This document shows positions 11,427 to 23,545 of a DNA stretch of 64,000 bases, piece by piece. The translations under genes and the position numbers were made by a program. Origin of the DNA: Eledone cirrhosa (taxonomy: Eukaryota); NCBI GenBank assembly GCA_964016885.1, contig OZ024742.1, forward strand, positions 297,352,001 to 297,416,000, in the 5' to 3' direction. The notes under the pieces are model-generated. The model searched no databases. It worked only from the letters and a program-made list of their open reading frames with translations, and had not been told where the DNA came from. Position 1 is the stretch's first letter. The number at the start of each line of letters is the position of its first letter.

Positions 11427-12608
11427 ATGTATTTTAACTTTAATTATATCTCATAAAATAATACAACTGGCTTTTCCACATAATACATATTGTTAGCACC
11501 CCAAACACTTAAATTGGGTTCATATTAAAATATAACCTAATGTTTGTTGAGTGAGATGGTTACCAGTCAGAGTTTAGCTTTAAACTATCTCTGTTATTGT
11601 ATTAAATATTTTACTCTTGGTTGGCCAGACGTTTTTATTTCCAAGTACCTTTTAAATTTGACTTTCCGTATTTATTACTGTTGTGGATTATTGTGGGGTT
11701 TTTTTGGTTGTAACTTCTCTGTTTTTTAGCCTAAGAAAATATATATGTATGCCTATGTATATAATTACATGCATACATTTATTTTTTTAAATTAATTGAG
11801 TTCTTTACACGAGGAATTGATATTAGTTTTGAAATAGCTAATTAACCCGCGTGTGTTTTATATTTTACTCTTAATTCGGCCGGAGATTTACATTCCCATT
11901 TGCCCTTTAAAACATAACTTTCCGTATTTACTACGGTTATGAGATGCGGTTTCTTATTCGGCTACAACTTCTGATTTTAGCCTAAGAAAATATCTATATG
12001 CGTGTGTAATTTATACACGCATATATTTATTTTTTTAATTTCAATTGAGTTCTTAACACGTTGGGTTGATAATGTTTTCGATAAAACTAATTAACCCGCG
12101 TGTATATTATTTTTTTTCCTCTTTTCGTGGATCGTAGTTGTCTCCCCTTCCCGCTTCGTGACGCTAAAATACTTCCTCAGTCAAAAACTGCTGGAATTTC
12201 AAATTTGGCGGTCATTCGAGGCGAGAAGGAGCAACTTAACAGACACGATTTTTGACTGCGGTAAGAATTTTTTTCTTTATCAAAGTTTAATGGGCTTCCA
12301 CTGATGATTTATAAACGCCCACCTAAATATATTCTTACATGAATGTATATTAGGCTTCTACATAAACTGGAAATATTCTCCCAATTTGTAGAAAACTTAT
12401 AATGAAACAATTGTTTGGAAAGAGAGATGTATTTTAAATTTAATTATATCTCATAAAATAATACAACTGTCTTTTCCACATAATACATATTGTTAGCACC
12501 CCAAACACTTAAATTGGGTTCATATTAAAATATAACCTAATGTTTGTTGAGTGAGATGGTTACCAGTCAGAGTTTAGCTTTAAACTATCTCTGTTATTGT
12601 ATTAAATA
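11427..12608 (+). mobile_element. Non-coding element with 182-bp direct terminal repeats and a hammerhead (PLE/retrozyme-like)
   Basis: 11427-11608 is nearly identical to 12427-12608 (offset exactly 1000). Both flanks are (TA)n. There is an internal ~255-bp diverged tandem duplication (about 11610-12110) and a hammerhead just before the right repeat. Confidence 0.8.
12296..12420 (+). ncRNA. Type I hammerhead ribozyme with 96-nt branched helix II (family C)
   Basis: ttcca-CTGATGA-t-ttataa...ttataa-t-GAAA-caattg-TT-tggaa. Palindromic helix III, GUU triplet. Two internal hairpins: cctaaatatattc/gaatgtatattagg and ttctaca/tgtagaa. Confidence 0.75.
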
Positions 12609-13450
12609 TATATATATATATATATATAGTGACTGTTATCAACCAACAAAATTCCATTTTAAACAAATAACAATCTGAGCCTATTTTTGGATAAAACAGA
12701 AAGAATTTTTGAACTCCAACTAGATACAAGATACACCACAAGATAATCGCAAACCCTCCATCTCACTCTTACTTTTGAAAATCATTAGAATTGTGAAACC
12801 AGTGAAGTAAATAAATATTCTTAAAAGACTCCAGTTGTATCTTCAATTTTTTTTCTTATATATATATATATATATACATACACACACACGCACACACACA
12901 CATATACATATATTTATTCTTTGGGAAGATCCTGAAGTTATCAATATCCGTTTCAACACACGATTTCACATCAAGAATCTTGCAAAACAAATACAAAAAC
13001 AAAGTACATATTCTATATGATGTTCCGTTTAGTCAGGAGTAATAACTGTTTCATCTTTATTTACAATATTTCTTTTTCCTAAGACAAAATCCTGATTAAA
13101 AAAATTTAAAAATAAATTTTAAATATTTTGAAAAATATATTCTTGTATTCTACATCCATTAAACTATGAAATATGTTTTCAAAAAAAGTGAAATCTTGCT
13201 TAAAGCATTGTGCATATGTGTTACATTCATGTTAAAGACACTGTTGAAAAAAAGAAAAAAATTGAAAAAATTATTTTATTTTTGTTGAATATATAAAAAT
13301 ATTTTCATCATACTTTCCATGTATATTTATTCGATAAACTACAATAGAGAAACATCACTATTATTTGATTTGAAATAATCATTTATTATTATTGTTGTTG
13401 TTGTCGTTGTTGTTTACGTTGTTATTTTTATTATTATTATTGTTGTTTTG

Positions 13451-13790
13451 CAGCATAGCCCTTTACGTTCTGAATTAAAATCCCCCGAGGTTAACTTTGC
13501 CTTTCACCCTTACGGGGTAGATAAAATAAAGCCCCAGTAATGCATTGGAGTAATTGCTGGCCCTGTGCCAAAAGAAGAAACATTATTATTATTATTGTTG
13601 TTATTAAAAAAATAAATAATAATAAAGAAACCATTATTTTTGTTATTATTATTATTATTATTTTCATCAATATTATTATTATTATGCCGAGGTTGACTTT
13701 GCCTTTCATCCTTACGGGGTCGATAAAATAAAGTACCAGTAATGCACTGGATAATTGCTGGCCCTGTGCCTAAAGTAGAAACAATTATTA
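13451..13790 (+). mobile_element. Two partial Nin-domain SINE copies separated by (att)n
   Basis: ccgaggtt(a/g)actttgcctttca...ggggt(a/c)gataaaataaag...ggccctgtgcc(a/t)aaag occurs twice. Confidence 0.75.
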
Positions 13791-14734
13791 TTATTATCGA
13801 TTATCATCATTTCACCATTGTAATCATTGTCATCCTCCTCGTCCTCCTCCTCCTCCTCATTACTTTCGTTCATTCTCTCCTTATCATCACCATCATCATT
13901 ATCATCCACCATCACCATCATTCTCCTTCTCATCATCATCCTCATTACTATTATTGCTGTTGTCAATGATGTTGTTTACATTATAAAGCTATTTAATCTC
14001 CATGATTCTAAAATATGAAATAATTTCAGGCATGACGTGATCAGTTTAGTCTATTATTTTCAATTCAATGGAAATGTTCTCTTCATTGAAATCAGAAAAA
14101 TAAGAATTGGCAGGTGCAAATCTATAAATCACATGCCAGTTCATATATAGCAGATAATATTTCATCAAAAACTGTTTTACGGAAATCTATAAGGAAGGAA
14201 ATGCATCTATATCACTTTCTCTCTCTCTCTCCATATATATATATATATGTGTATATATGTATGTATATAGGTCTCTCTGCCTCTGTATCACTCTCTCTCT
14301 TTTTTCCTCCATGAGAGATTGCTTTCTCAGCACAGCAAGCAACATATATCTGCCACTTCTGTTATGCTCACATCTCTCAAGACTTTTTCCCTCTATCTGG
14401 TTGAGGATATGATGAACGCTCTAATATTAATGTCACATTGGAATGTGTCCAGAACACTCAACAAGTGTTGGTACTGATGCCATGGTAAAACGTACCTAGT
14501 CTTCTCTGTAAAATGATAGTGTCAATGTCACAGTAAAATGCATCCAGCCCACTCTGTAAATTGATAGTGCCCATGTCTCAATAAAATCCTCCCACCTCAC
14601 TTTGTAAAGTGCTATTGTCAGTGTCATGATAAAATGCTCCCACTACCTGCTGTAAAGAGGTTGGCATTAAGATAAGTATCCAGCTGTATAAACCCTTCAA
14701 AAGGGTTTATACAGTGTGTTAGACCTCCATCATA

Positions 14735-15033
14735 TGACAATGAATTCACAAATTGTTTGACCAACAGAACAGCCTGCTTGTGAAATTAATGTGCAAGTGG
14801 CTGAGCATTCCACAGACATGTGTACCTTTAACTTATTTTTCAGGAAGACTTAACATGCCATAGTGTATGACAAGGCTGGCTCTTTTATTTACATGTATTA
14901 CTAATCATTTCTAGCTGGAGCAACATGAAGTAAAACATACAAAGCATATAAACCATACAAGTGCACAAGGAATTGAACTCACAACCTTACGATCATGATG
15001 TGAATACCTTTACCACTAAGTCATGCACTTTCA
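14735..15033 (-). mobile_element. Old tRNA/CORE-type SINE
   Basis: Minus strand gtgcatgacttagtggtaaag (A box) ... gtgagttcaattcc (B box), followed by a body shared with 10130-10250, 16125-16200 and 42230-42500. Confidence 0.55.
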
Positions 15034-16561
15034 CTAATAATTAGTATGACTGAATATGCGTCTACATCTATCGTAAATGTGTTGAGGCATTATAGCATAA
15101 GAAAAATTACACCACTGCTAAACTAGAGGATTGAACTCAGACTACAAAAGTATAAAACAAACAATACCAGGTATCTTGTTTTATGCTGAACCAAACAATT
15201 CTGCCAACTCACTGCTCTAAATTGTTACTTTATTTTAGCAAACCTTAAAGGTTGAAAAATAAAGTGGGGTTTGAACTCACAATGCAAAAAGCCAGAATAA
15301 ATGCAGCAAAATATTTTGTCCTATATTCTAATGACTCAACCCACTTCCCATTGATACAACAACAGCAAGTGTTTCAAGGCTATTTCGTCTTGCAGGTGCT
15401 ACGAGAAGCCTTATACTCACCTTGAGGTTATTTTTGAAGCAATGTTTTATGTTTAAATCTTTCCAGCCAGGATTCTCTCACCTCTTTCTGTTCAAACCGG
15501 CTGTAACCAACCACTCATACTGATGTTAAGGTGTTATTCTCAAAATAAACAATATAAAAATCTCATAGATTTTATTACAATGAAAATATATAGAGTAATG
15601 AAAGTGTTAATCAAGCTTACTTAGGTGTTCGACATAATCTGCCTCCCAGTTTAACACCACCAGCTGGCACTTAATTGTTTTTAACAGAGTCTACTCTTTT
15701 TCAAGTATTGCTACATCTCCAAGTCGGGAATACCCCTCTCACTTTCTCTCATTAATATCAGATGCTCTAAAAAGTGTCATGAGAACTGTTATTCCTTATG
15801 TGGGTAAACAGTGAAAACAACTCATTGTTTACATTCGATTACCTCATAAAACATAACTTTCCATAGGGAAGTGTTCATGTCTGGAGTTGCTAAATGTCAA
15901 ACTCACTCCAAAGTATTTACTTTCATTTAATTTTTAATTAATTTTGACTGATGTAAATTTTTGAATTGTCTCCTTTGCCTTTCTTAAATAGAAATATTTA
16001 TTAAACTAAAGGTATTTTTCATGGCAACATGGGTATAAATGGGTCACTGTCAGTTTGAAGGATGAGTATTTCACTTTTTTTTTTATTATTGTAATGAACT
16101 AATCATTGGAATAATGGGGGAATATGTGGCTGAGTATTCTCAGGAAAATTAAGCCTAACACAAAGTGTGACAAAGCTGGTTCTTTAAATTGCAGGGACAG
16201 ATTATCAAATAGGCTTCCAAATAGTTTTCATCTACCTTAATTTGTTTAAAAGCCTTTGTTCTACCCAAGGTTGTGGTAAAAGGCACTTGACCAAGATACC
16301 ATAAAGTTATATCAAACCCTTATTGTTGTTAAGCAAACATCTTAAACATTTGACTGTGCTGTGTCTCACTATAAGCATAATTAGAATTAATTAGGATGTT
16401 TTTATTTACTATATTTAATATGTTGGCTTTCTAACAAATTAATGTAATTTCTGCTGAAAAATTAAAATAATTTTGAAGCAAATAATATGCAATGTATCAA
16501 GAGTTTAGGTATTAATCTATGAATAGCACTTAACATTGCAAAGTTGTGAAAAATATTTTTA

Positions 16562-16834
16562 TTTAATCCTTTTAATACCAATCTACCTGAAACCACCAAT
16601 TTTGTATCACAAATGAAACAGAATTGTGTTTTAAAGTGTTTTTATATATATATATGAAAGAATTCCATCATAATTTTATGTATGAATTTTTGTTAAGTTA
16701 AATTCCAAACACCAGCTAAATAATGAAAATGTTAGTTATTTTACTTAACTCCACCAAAGTTCTAATTATTTTGAAAATTAATTAAAACATATTGGTAGTG
16801 TATTTCATTAGAAATATGCTAACAAGACAATTAA
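16562..16834. mobile_element. Decayed piggyBac-like MITE (other remnants near 18.8k, 22.5-22.7k, 28.14k, 39.64-39.86k, 50.13-50.27k)
   Basis: Recurrent termini ttaa-(c/t)cctt(t/g)..(t/a)tacca and tgg(t/c)a(a/t)caaa.ggttaa around a shared ~270-bp AT-rich body; TTAA+CCC ends are piggyBac-like. Confidence 0.45.
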
Positions 16835-17599
16835 CAATTGATTTTTCAGCATCTAATAGTTTAATTATATGTTGTCAGCCAACAATATAATTTCTAACCG
16901 AAAATATACAACATAGTGAAATAAAGGCAATACATATTTGTGCAATGTTTTAGAAGTAGTTTCCTTAAGAATCCGTACAGAGTATTACTTCAGGGTGTAT
17001 GTAGAAACTTTAGTTGCAATATTTAGCAGGTTGTGCAACTGCATAAAGGCTTTCTCTGCCATGCTGGTTGCTGGCTCTGATTGTAGATGTCTAATAATTT
17101 TTATTTTTATTCATCTCACTCCTTTCGGAGCATTAGGTGACAAATTAAAGTCCATCCAAGGACTAGAGGCTCATCAGACCAGAACTTATGTTAGTTTCAT
17201 TGGCATTAAATAACTGAAAGATTACACTGTTAATGTAGTGCAATCTGTTGAAAAGTTAAAATAGGTAAAGGACCCCTAACTCCTGATGGAACTGTAACAC
17301 AGAGTGCCTTGAGTATTTAAAACCTGACAATGCCCACTCCTCTACAAGTTAAAACTAATTTCTTCCATATAAAGTGAGAGGTAGAGATAGATAAATAAAT
17401 AGAGAGAATAAAGTGAGATAAAGGAAGAATTGACCCAAGACTAGTACCTATTTATCAACCACAAAAGCATAAAAGACAAAGTTGATCTTGATGCTATAGT
17501 CAGCCCATAGTCAACAGGAACAAATACCACGACACTTTAAATCCAATATCTTAATGAATCTGCCAATTTGCTATCTTTGCTGCAAGGTTAACCACCAAT

Positions 17600-17756
17600 T
17601 AATGTTGGTAGCAATTTTTCCAGCTGAGGGAAATGAAATAACATGAAATGAAGTGACTTGCTGAAGGACACAATGCACTGCCCCATCTGGGAATTGAATC
17701 GCAGAACCTAACGATTATGAGCCCAACAGCCTAACCAATAGGCTGCATGCTTTCAC
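17600..17756 (-). mobile_element. CORE-type tRNA SINE
   Basis: Minus strand gcatgcagcctattggttagg...gattcaattccc...cattgtgtccttcagcaagtcacttcatttcatgtt (MIR-core-like). Confidence 0.7.
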
Positions 17757-19589
17757 AATATTGTTTCTGTAATACTTATGGTAAGTTAATAAATGTCTAT
17801 CAAAGGTCTTGAGAAGACTGTAAATTCTGTAATCTGACAGCTTTCACAATATTTTATAACAAATGAGGTTTCCATATTATGTATTTGCCAATGTGTGTAT
17901 ATAACAAACATATGGTGTTAGCTTTTATGCATTCGACACAATATATTACCTATGTTTGAAACATTTATTAGCATCACAAATCAAGCAGTTTACTAATGTA
18001 TATGCATACTCCCTTGAGCCAGAGGTTGTATTTTTTTGTTTTTGACAGGTAGTTTTATAAATTGGTGAGTTATATGATCAACCTTTCTTTCTTTATAGCA
18101 GATCAAATCATAAGGTAACAAATTCACTGAAGTGAAAAACTCCTTGTTTTAGCCATGAAATTCCTTTAGCTATCTTAGAATAAAATGGGAATTTCTTAAT
18201 ATCAGTTTTCAGTTAATCTTGTTCTCTTTTTTACTTTGCTCCATATATTTTCAATATGGTTGATCTTGTTGTTAAACGGATATTTGTTGGCAAAGTCAAT
18301 TTCAAATGGATGAACCAACATTAATGAGAACTCCTTCTGTTGAGAAAAGTGGTCGATGATTTTCACCTGGAAATCGAGGAACAAAATCCTGATTTCACTG
18401 GATGCTGCATACCAAAACTAAAACAAATATTTGAGCTATCAAACAATTTCAAAATCATCACATTTCAATCTCCACAAAGATATGTTTCTCCAACCCATCT
18501 AGTCTCAGATTGTGATGACTTATCCAACCCATGCCAGGATGGGAAAGAATCATAAACTGATGATGATGATGATGATGAGACGAGATTTTTTTTTTTTTCT
18601 ATTCACTAGTATTTGACTGTTACTTGATATTATTAGCCTTAGAAGGATGAAAGGCTGCTTTTAGCTCTGTGGGATTTGAACTCGTGATGTAAAGCAAAAG
18701 CAGCAGAACATGTTTCTAAGCTTTTTGTTTGTTGCTCCAACAAATATAGCAATACATTTCCCTGAAATAATTGATAATTTGAGTAGATCTCTTCAAATCC
18801 TTTATTAATTAATTCAGATACAGATTATTTCATTAGAAATATGGTAAGAGAAGGGGTTAAAACCTAAAATAAGATTGAATCTACCCTCAACAGCTTTGGG
18901 CTTGAAATCTGTTGACCTAGTCCCCAGCTAAGATTGATATATAAGCTATTGATTTTCAGAACTGAAAAAGACAAATTTAGTGTTTGCTTTAATTACTCAT
19001 ATTTAAATGGAACTTTGTCAAAAGATTGTTCTAGATCAATTATTCAGCTGTTTTATTTCTTGAAATCTGCATCCAGTATATGATAGCCAAGAAATGTTAT
19101 TGGTCCATATTGATTTACTTCTAGAAATTAAACAAAACTTTAAGAGCACATTAATAAAATACTTTATTTGTGCTGCATACAATGTTCTTTTAAAAACATC
19201 TTCATTTTATGTCTGTTTTTTATGTTGGCATGGATTGAAAGTATTGTCAATGTCTGCATCACCACTTATTCAGAGTTACTGTCGTCCCACACAGGTTAGG
19301 TAAGCATGTCACACATATATACTTCAACATTTAGCATCCTGTCTACAGCCAGATCCCCCTCCTATTACCATTCCCTTCTATGGAATATATCAGGTACATT
19401 TTGACATAGAAACAAGCAATACAGAGGTTGTCATGGTCCACTGAAAGAGTTTTCTCAAGCCTATATTGTCACCGCTCTTTCACCAACCCCTTTACAAAGT
19501 GTATTAGGTGCATATTATCATGGTACAAATACTAGAGAGGTTATTGTACTCAACAAGACTGAAGGGATAATACAGAAGTTGTTGATATC

Positions 19590-20110
19590 TTCTGTTACTT
19601 ATGGAACCACATTGGCAGTGAGGTATGATGCTCTAAAATGGTAGTTGCTACTGTAAGAATTGGCTAGAAGATATTTAGGGAACTGACAACAAAGGGCTTC
19701 TCTCTCAAAGTGAAGGATAAATAGACTCATAATACCTGTTTACGAACTGCAATGCTACATGGCAGTAAGTCATGAGCCTTGACAGCAGAAGAGCTATGAA
19801 GGCTAAAAAGAAACCATATGTGCTCTGATGGATATGTAATGTTAGTGTGTGTGTGAACTCTGTTGCTTAAGCAAGCTATGAGGAAAACTCTATATAAGAG
19901 AAAGCCAATACAGAAAAAGACTGTGACGGTATGGACATTTCATGCATATGGAAGATGACAGCTATATAATGAATTGGAGAGAAATCTCAGTTGATATAAC
20001 TTGTAGAAGAGGTAGACCTAGTAAAATATGGGATGAAATTATAAAAGCAGAGATGGCAAAAGACTGCAGTGACAGTTGATATGCAGTACTGGAGAAAACT
20101 TGCCTATTAA
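19590..20110 (+). mobile_element. Old degenerate fragment of the RTE family (C-terminal ORF region)
   Basis: acaaagggcttctctctcaaagtgaagg...actgcaatgctacatggcagt...tatggacat matches KGFSLKMKG...TAMLHGS...YGH of ORF 61773-63890. Confidence 0.7.
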
Positions 20111-23100
20111 CCTAAAGATATGACATGATCTATTCTTGCCCCCTTCTGCCTAGTAATTATTTTTACCACTACATACCTGGATGTCCTCACTATCATATAT
20201 AAATCAAAACACACCAGCCATAAGTCATTATAGCAGCTCACATAATTATAGTACCATCCATCTCTATCCAAGATCATCTCACCTCTCCTTCTCTATCCAG
20301 GATTTCTAACTCCCACTCCATTATAATTCATAACATACCCGTCATAACACCTTGATTTTAAGAAATGATATAATTTTCATTTAAAAGTTAATAAAAATAT
20401 CAAGATTATTATTGTAAAATGATTCAATTTTTCTGCAAGTACAACAGTAGTGGTACTGGTACCACAATATAATGCACACAATACACTCTGTAAATTGATA
20501 GTGCTGGTGCCACTATGAAATGTAAAAATACACATTTAAAGTAGTAATGCTAGTTCCACAATAAAATGTACCCAGTGTATTCTGTTAAGTAGGAGTGCTG
20601 ATGCCAGGACAAAACACACACTATACACTCTTGTAAAATGGTAGTGCTGGTATGCAAAACTATGGAATGTATGGACAAGATGTGATTTACTGACCAATTT
20701 AGTCCTGGATCATGAAAATCAGTCCATCCCATGCTAGTAAAGAAAACAGATATAAAATGATGATAACGATAATACCAGTAGATATTTTTACCGTAAACAC
20801 TCCACCTATCTTTCACCTTCTCCACAAGTTAGTTTTCCTGTACAAAATACAAATTATTATCATGTAGAACTGATAGCAGTGTATAAGAATTTAGCTTCCG
20901 AGCTTTTTGTGAATAACAAAAGAAGTCATTCTCTGAGAAATCTGTGTAATATTGCCTGTTTGAATAGATTTATTATTTTTATAATAGGTGCTATCCCCAC
21001 CAACAAGAGAAGAATTGTATAACTATATGTCATCCAAGTGATAAAGGAAATGTTATAGCTTTTCTCAAATTATCAACACCTCAGAATGTATTTCTTCTCT
21101 TGAGAACACAATTTGTATATCATAAACAGAACAAAAATAGGCTGTAATGCCACAAGTGTATCACGAATGTATGAAAATGTAGGAAACTGAGGGAAAATAT
21201 TGTTGAAATATGATTATTTTTGCAACAATGTTCTGAAATTGACTGATATTAATGTTAATTTACAACAAGACATAGTCTATTATTTTGGAGTTGTACTTGT
21301 CTGGCTGAGACTGTGTGTTGACACTAAAGCAATTACACATCATGGAAGAGTCATTTTAGCAATTTAAGAGCACAAAGAAACTGTTAATTTCACTTTACAT
21401 TCATCATTGATTTCTTGGTACAAAATTTTCATTACATTCTTTGTGACATGGCTGCAAACAGGGAAATGGGAATTTAGACATCAGGAAATATGTGATGAAT
21501 GCAAAGGGAGGTTAATAGGTTTTGTGTGTGTGTTTTTAGTGGCTAAAATTTCTCTTTCACAATGTAATTGCTTGTGGTCAGTAGTATACTATTTATATAT
21601 TTATCATTATTATTTTTCCTTGCCACTAGTGGAATATTAATTGAGATTAAGCAGAGAAAATCCCCTTGAATGGCCCAACTATTTTCCAAATATAACAGTA
21701 TCACCATGACTCATCTAGATACTGTAGTGTTTACCCTATCTAGAAAGAAGCCACAGGTATTCAAGCTCTCAAACCGTATTCAGAATATAATACAGTCTTT
21801 GCCTAGTTATGTAAGACAATCAATATTGAATTAAATCTAAGGAGCAATATTTTATTTATTTCTTATGGAATAAACTATGAATATTTTTCACACTGAACTG
21901 GCTTATATGTGAAAATGCTATGTAGCTTGTCTTGAAATCAAAAACTGTATGATTGAAGTATGGGATGTCGAGACTTGTAACTGGTGAATATTTGACCATG
22001 CCATTTTGAAAAGAAATGGCTTACAGATAAAGAAATGTCATGAATATACATTCGTTGCCATAGACGTTGTTTAAACATTGTGTATATCGAAAGTACAAAA
22101 GCAAGTCACTATTTCACCTCTTTAACTGGCCTCATTTGCCCCCATGATTCCTGTGCTCTTTGAGATTAAAAAAAAAAAAAGTTCAGTGATGTGTTGAAGA
22201 GACTTAATTAGTTGGGAACTGAAGAAGAATTCAAGTTAAAATATTAGAATGTAACTCAACAAACAGAAAGTTCCAAAAGAAATTCTTAGTAAGAGCAGAC
22301 TGAGAAAATTGCCAGTGCGTTTCAAGCATCTTTGAAGAAGTGAATGAGAAACCTTTAATGGTATTTATCTATTGTCCTCAAGACCAAAAAGTGATCAGGG
22401 ATCAGCTTTCAATTTTATCAAAGAAAACATTGCTCACCTAGTCTTCCTAATATTTGATGGTATTTTGGATATATTTTTTTAATCTTTTGTGACTGTACCT
22501 CTAATGATATACAGACTATTTTAATTAATCAATGAAGAATTATGAAGGGTTTTTAAAATATAATTTGTTTCATTACCAAGATAGTAACGTAATATGTACT
22601 TCAAATATAAAAAGAAATTGTTGGAAGATTTTAATTTAAATAGGAACCCTTTAATATGGGTAAAAAGAGTTGGTTTTGGCCAGATTAGTATCAAAAGGAT
22701 TAAAAGTTTTCACTTTTCTTGTTTGTTGTGGCATTTAAATTAATATGGCAGCATTCTATTTCTTATAGTAACTAAACAAAGTACATAGCTTTGATTATTG
22801 TCCCAGAAGCGAGAATCAAAATTATAATTGAATTCATTAACATTCTTTGTTTAACATTGAATTTCAATTAAAATCTTGACATACACTTAAAAAATTCTAA
22901 ATAGATTTTATATACATAACTTAGGATATATGAGATATTGTATCAGATCATTATATATGAAATGTCCAATTTCAAATTGAAAGGGCTTAAGGAAATCGGA
23001 CATTACATACTTAAGAACATAATATACGTAGATCGTATCATTTTAAATGAAAATATGATGTTAAAGAGTAACATGTAATTTTACTACTGGAGCTACAGAA

Positions 23101-23279
23101 CTTGACTTCAAACTTTGTGGTACATTGTAAATGTTGAAAACAATCAGCAGAATCTGGAGAACTGCAAATGTTTTCCACATATATCACTTAATTTCCCTTA
23201 TTAAACATTTCTTGGGGCAATTAGATCATCATCATCATCATTTTACATCCGCTTTTCCCTGCTTGCGAGTTATGAAAAG

Positions 23280-23545
23280 AGCCAGACTGAGATCAATGTA
23301 AGACAGCAGAAGATATTTGGCCCTGTGCTACACATGCTCATGAAGGAACCAGTGAGAGCCTGTCTTGAGTAGAAACTAGAGGTGGATGTGGAAAATGAGA
23401 TAAACCTGGTTGATGAGTGTGGAGGAGAAGCTGATAGAAATGGGCCCAGCCTGCCAGCAGGCTTGTAACATGGTTTGCAACCTTGCTTGGAGGAGATCTC
23501 TCATTGCCTGGTCCTCCGTCAAAAGGGAGAGGAACTAAAGTAAGG
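23280..23545 (+). mobile_element. Degenerate RTE 3' end
   Basis: RQQKIFG(H)VL-like remnant and a taaagtaag tail. Confidence 0.4.
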
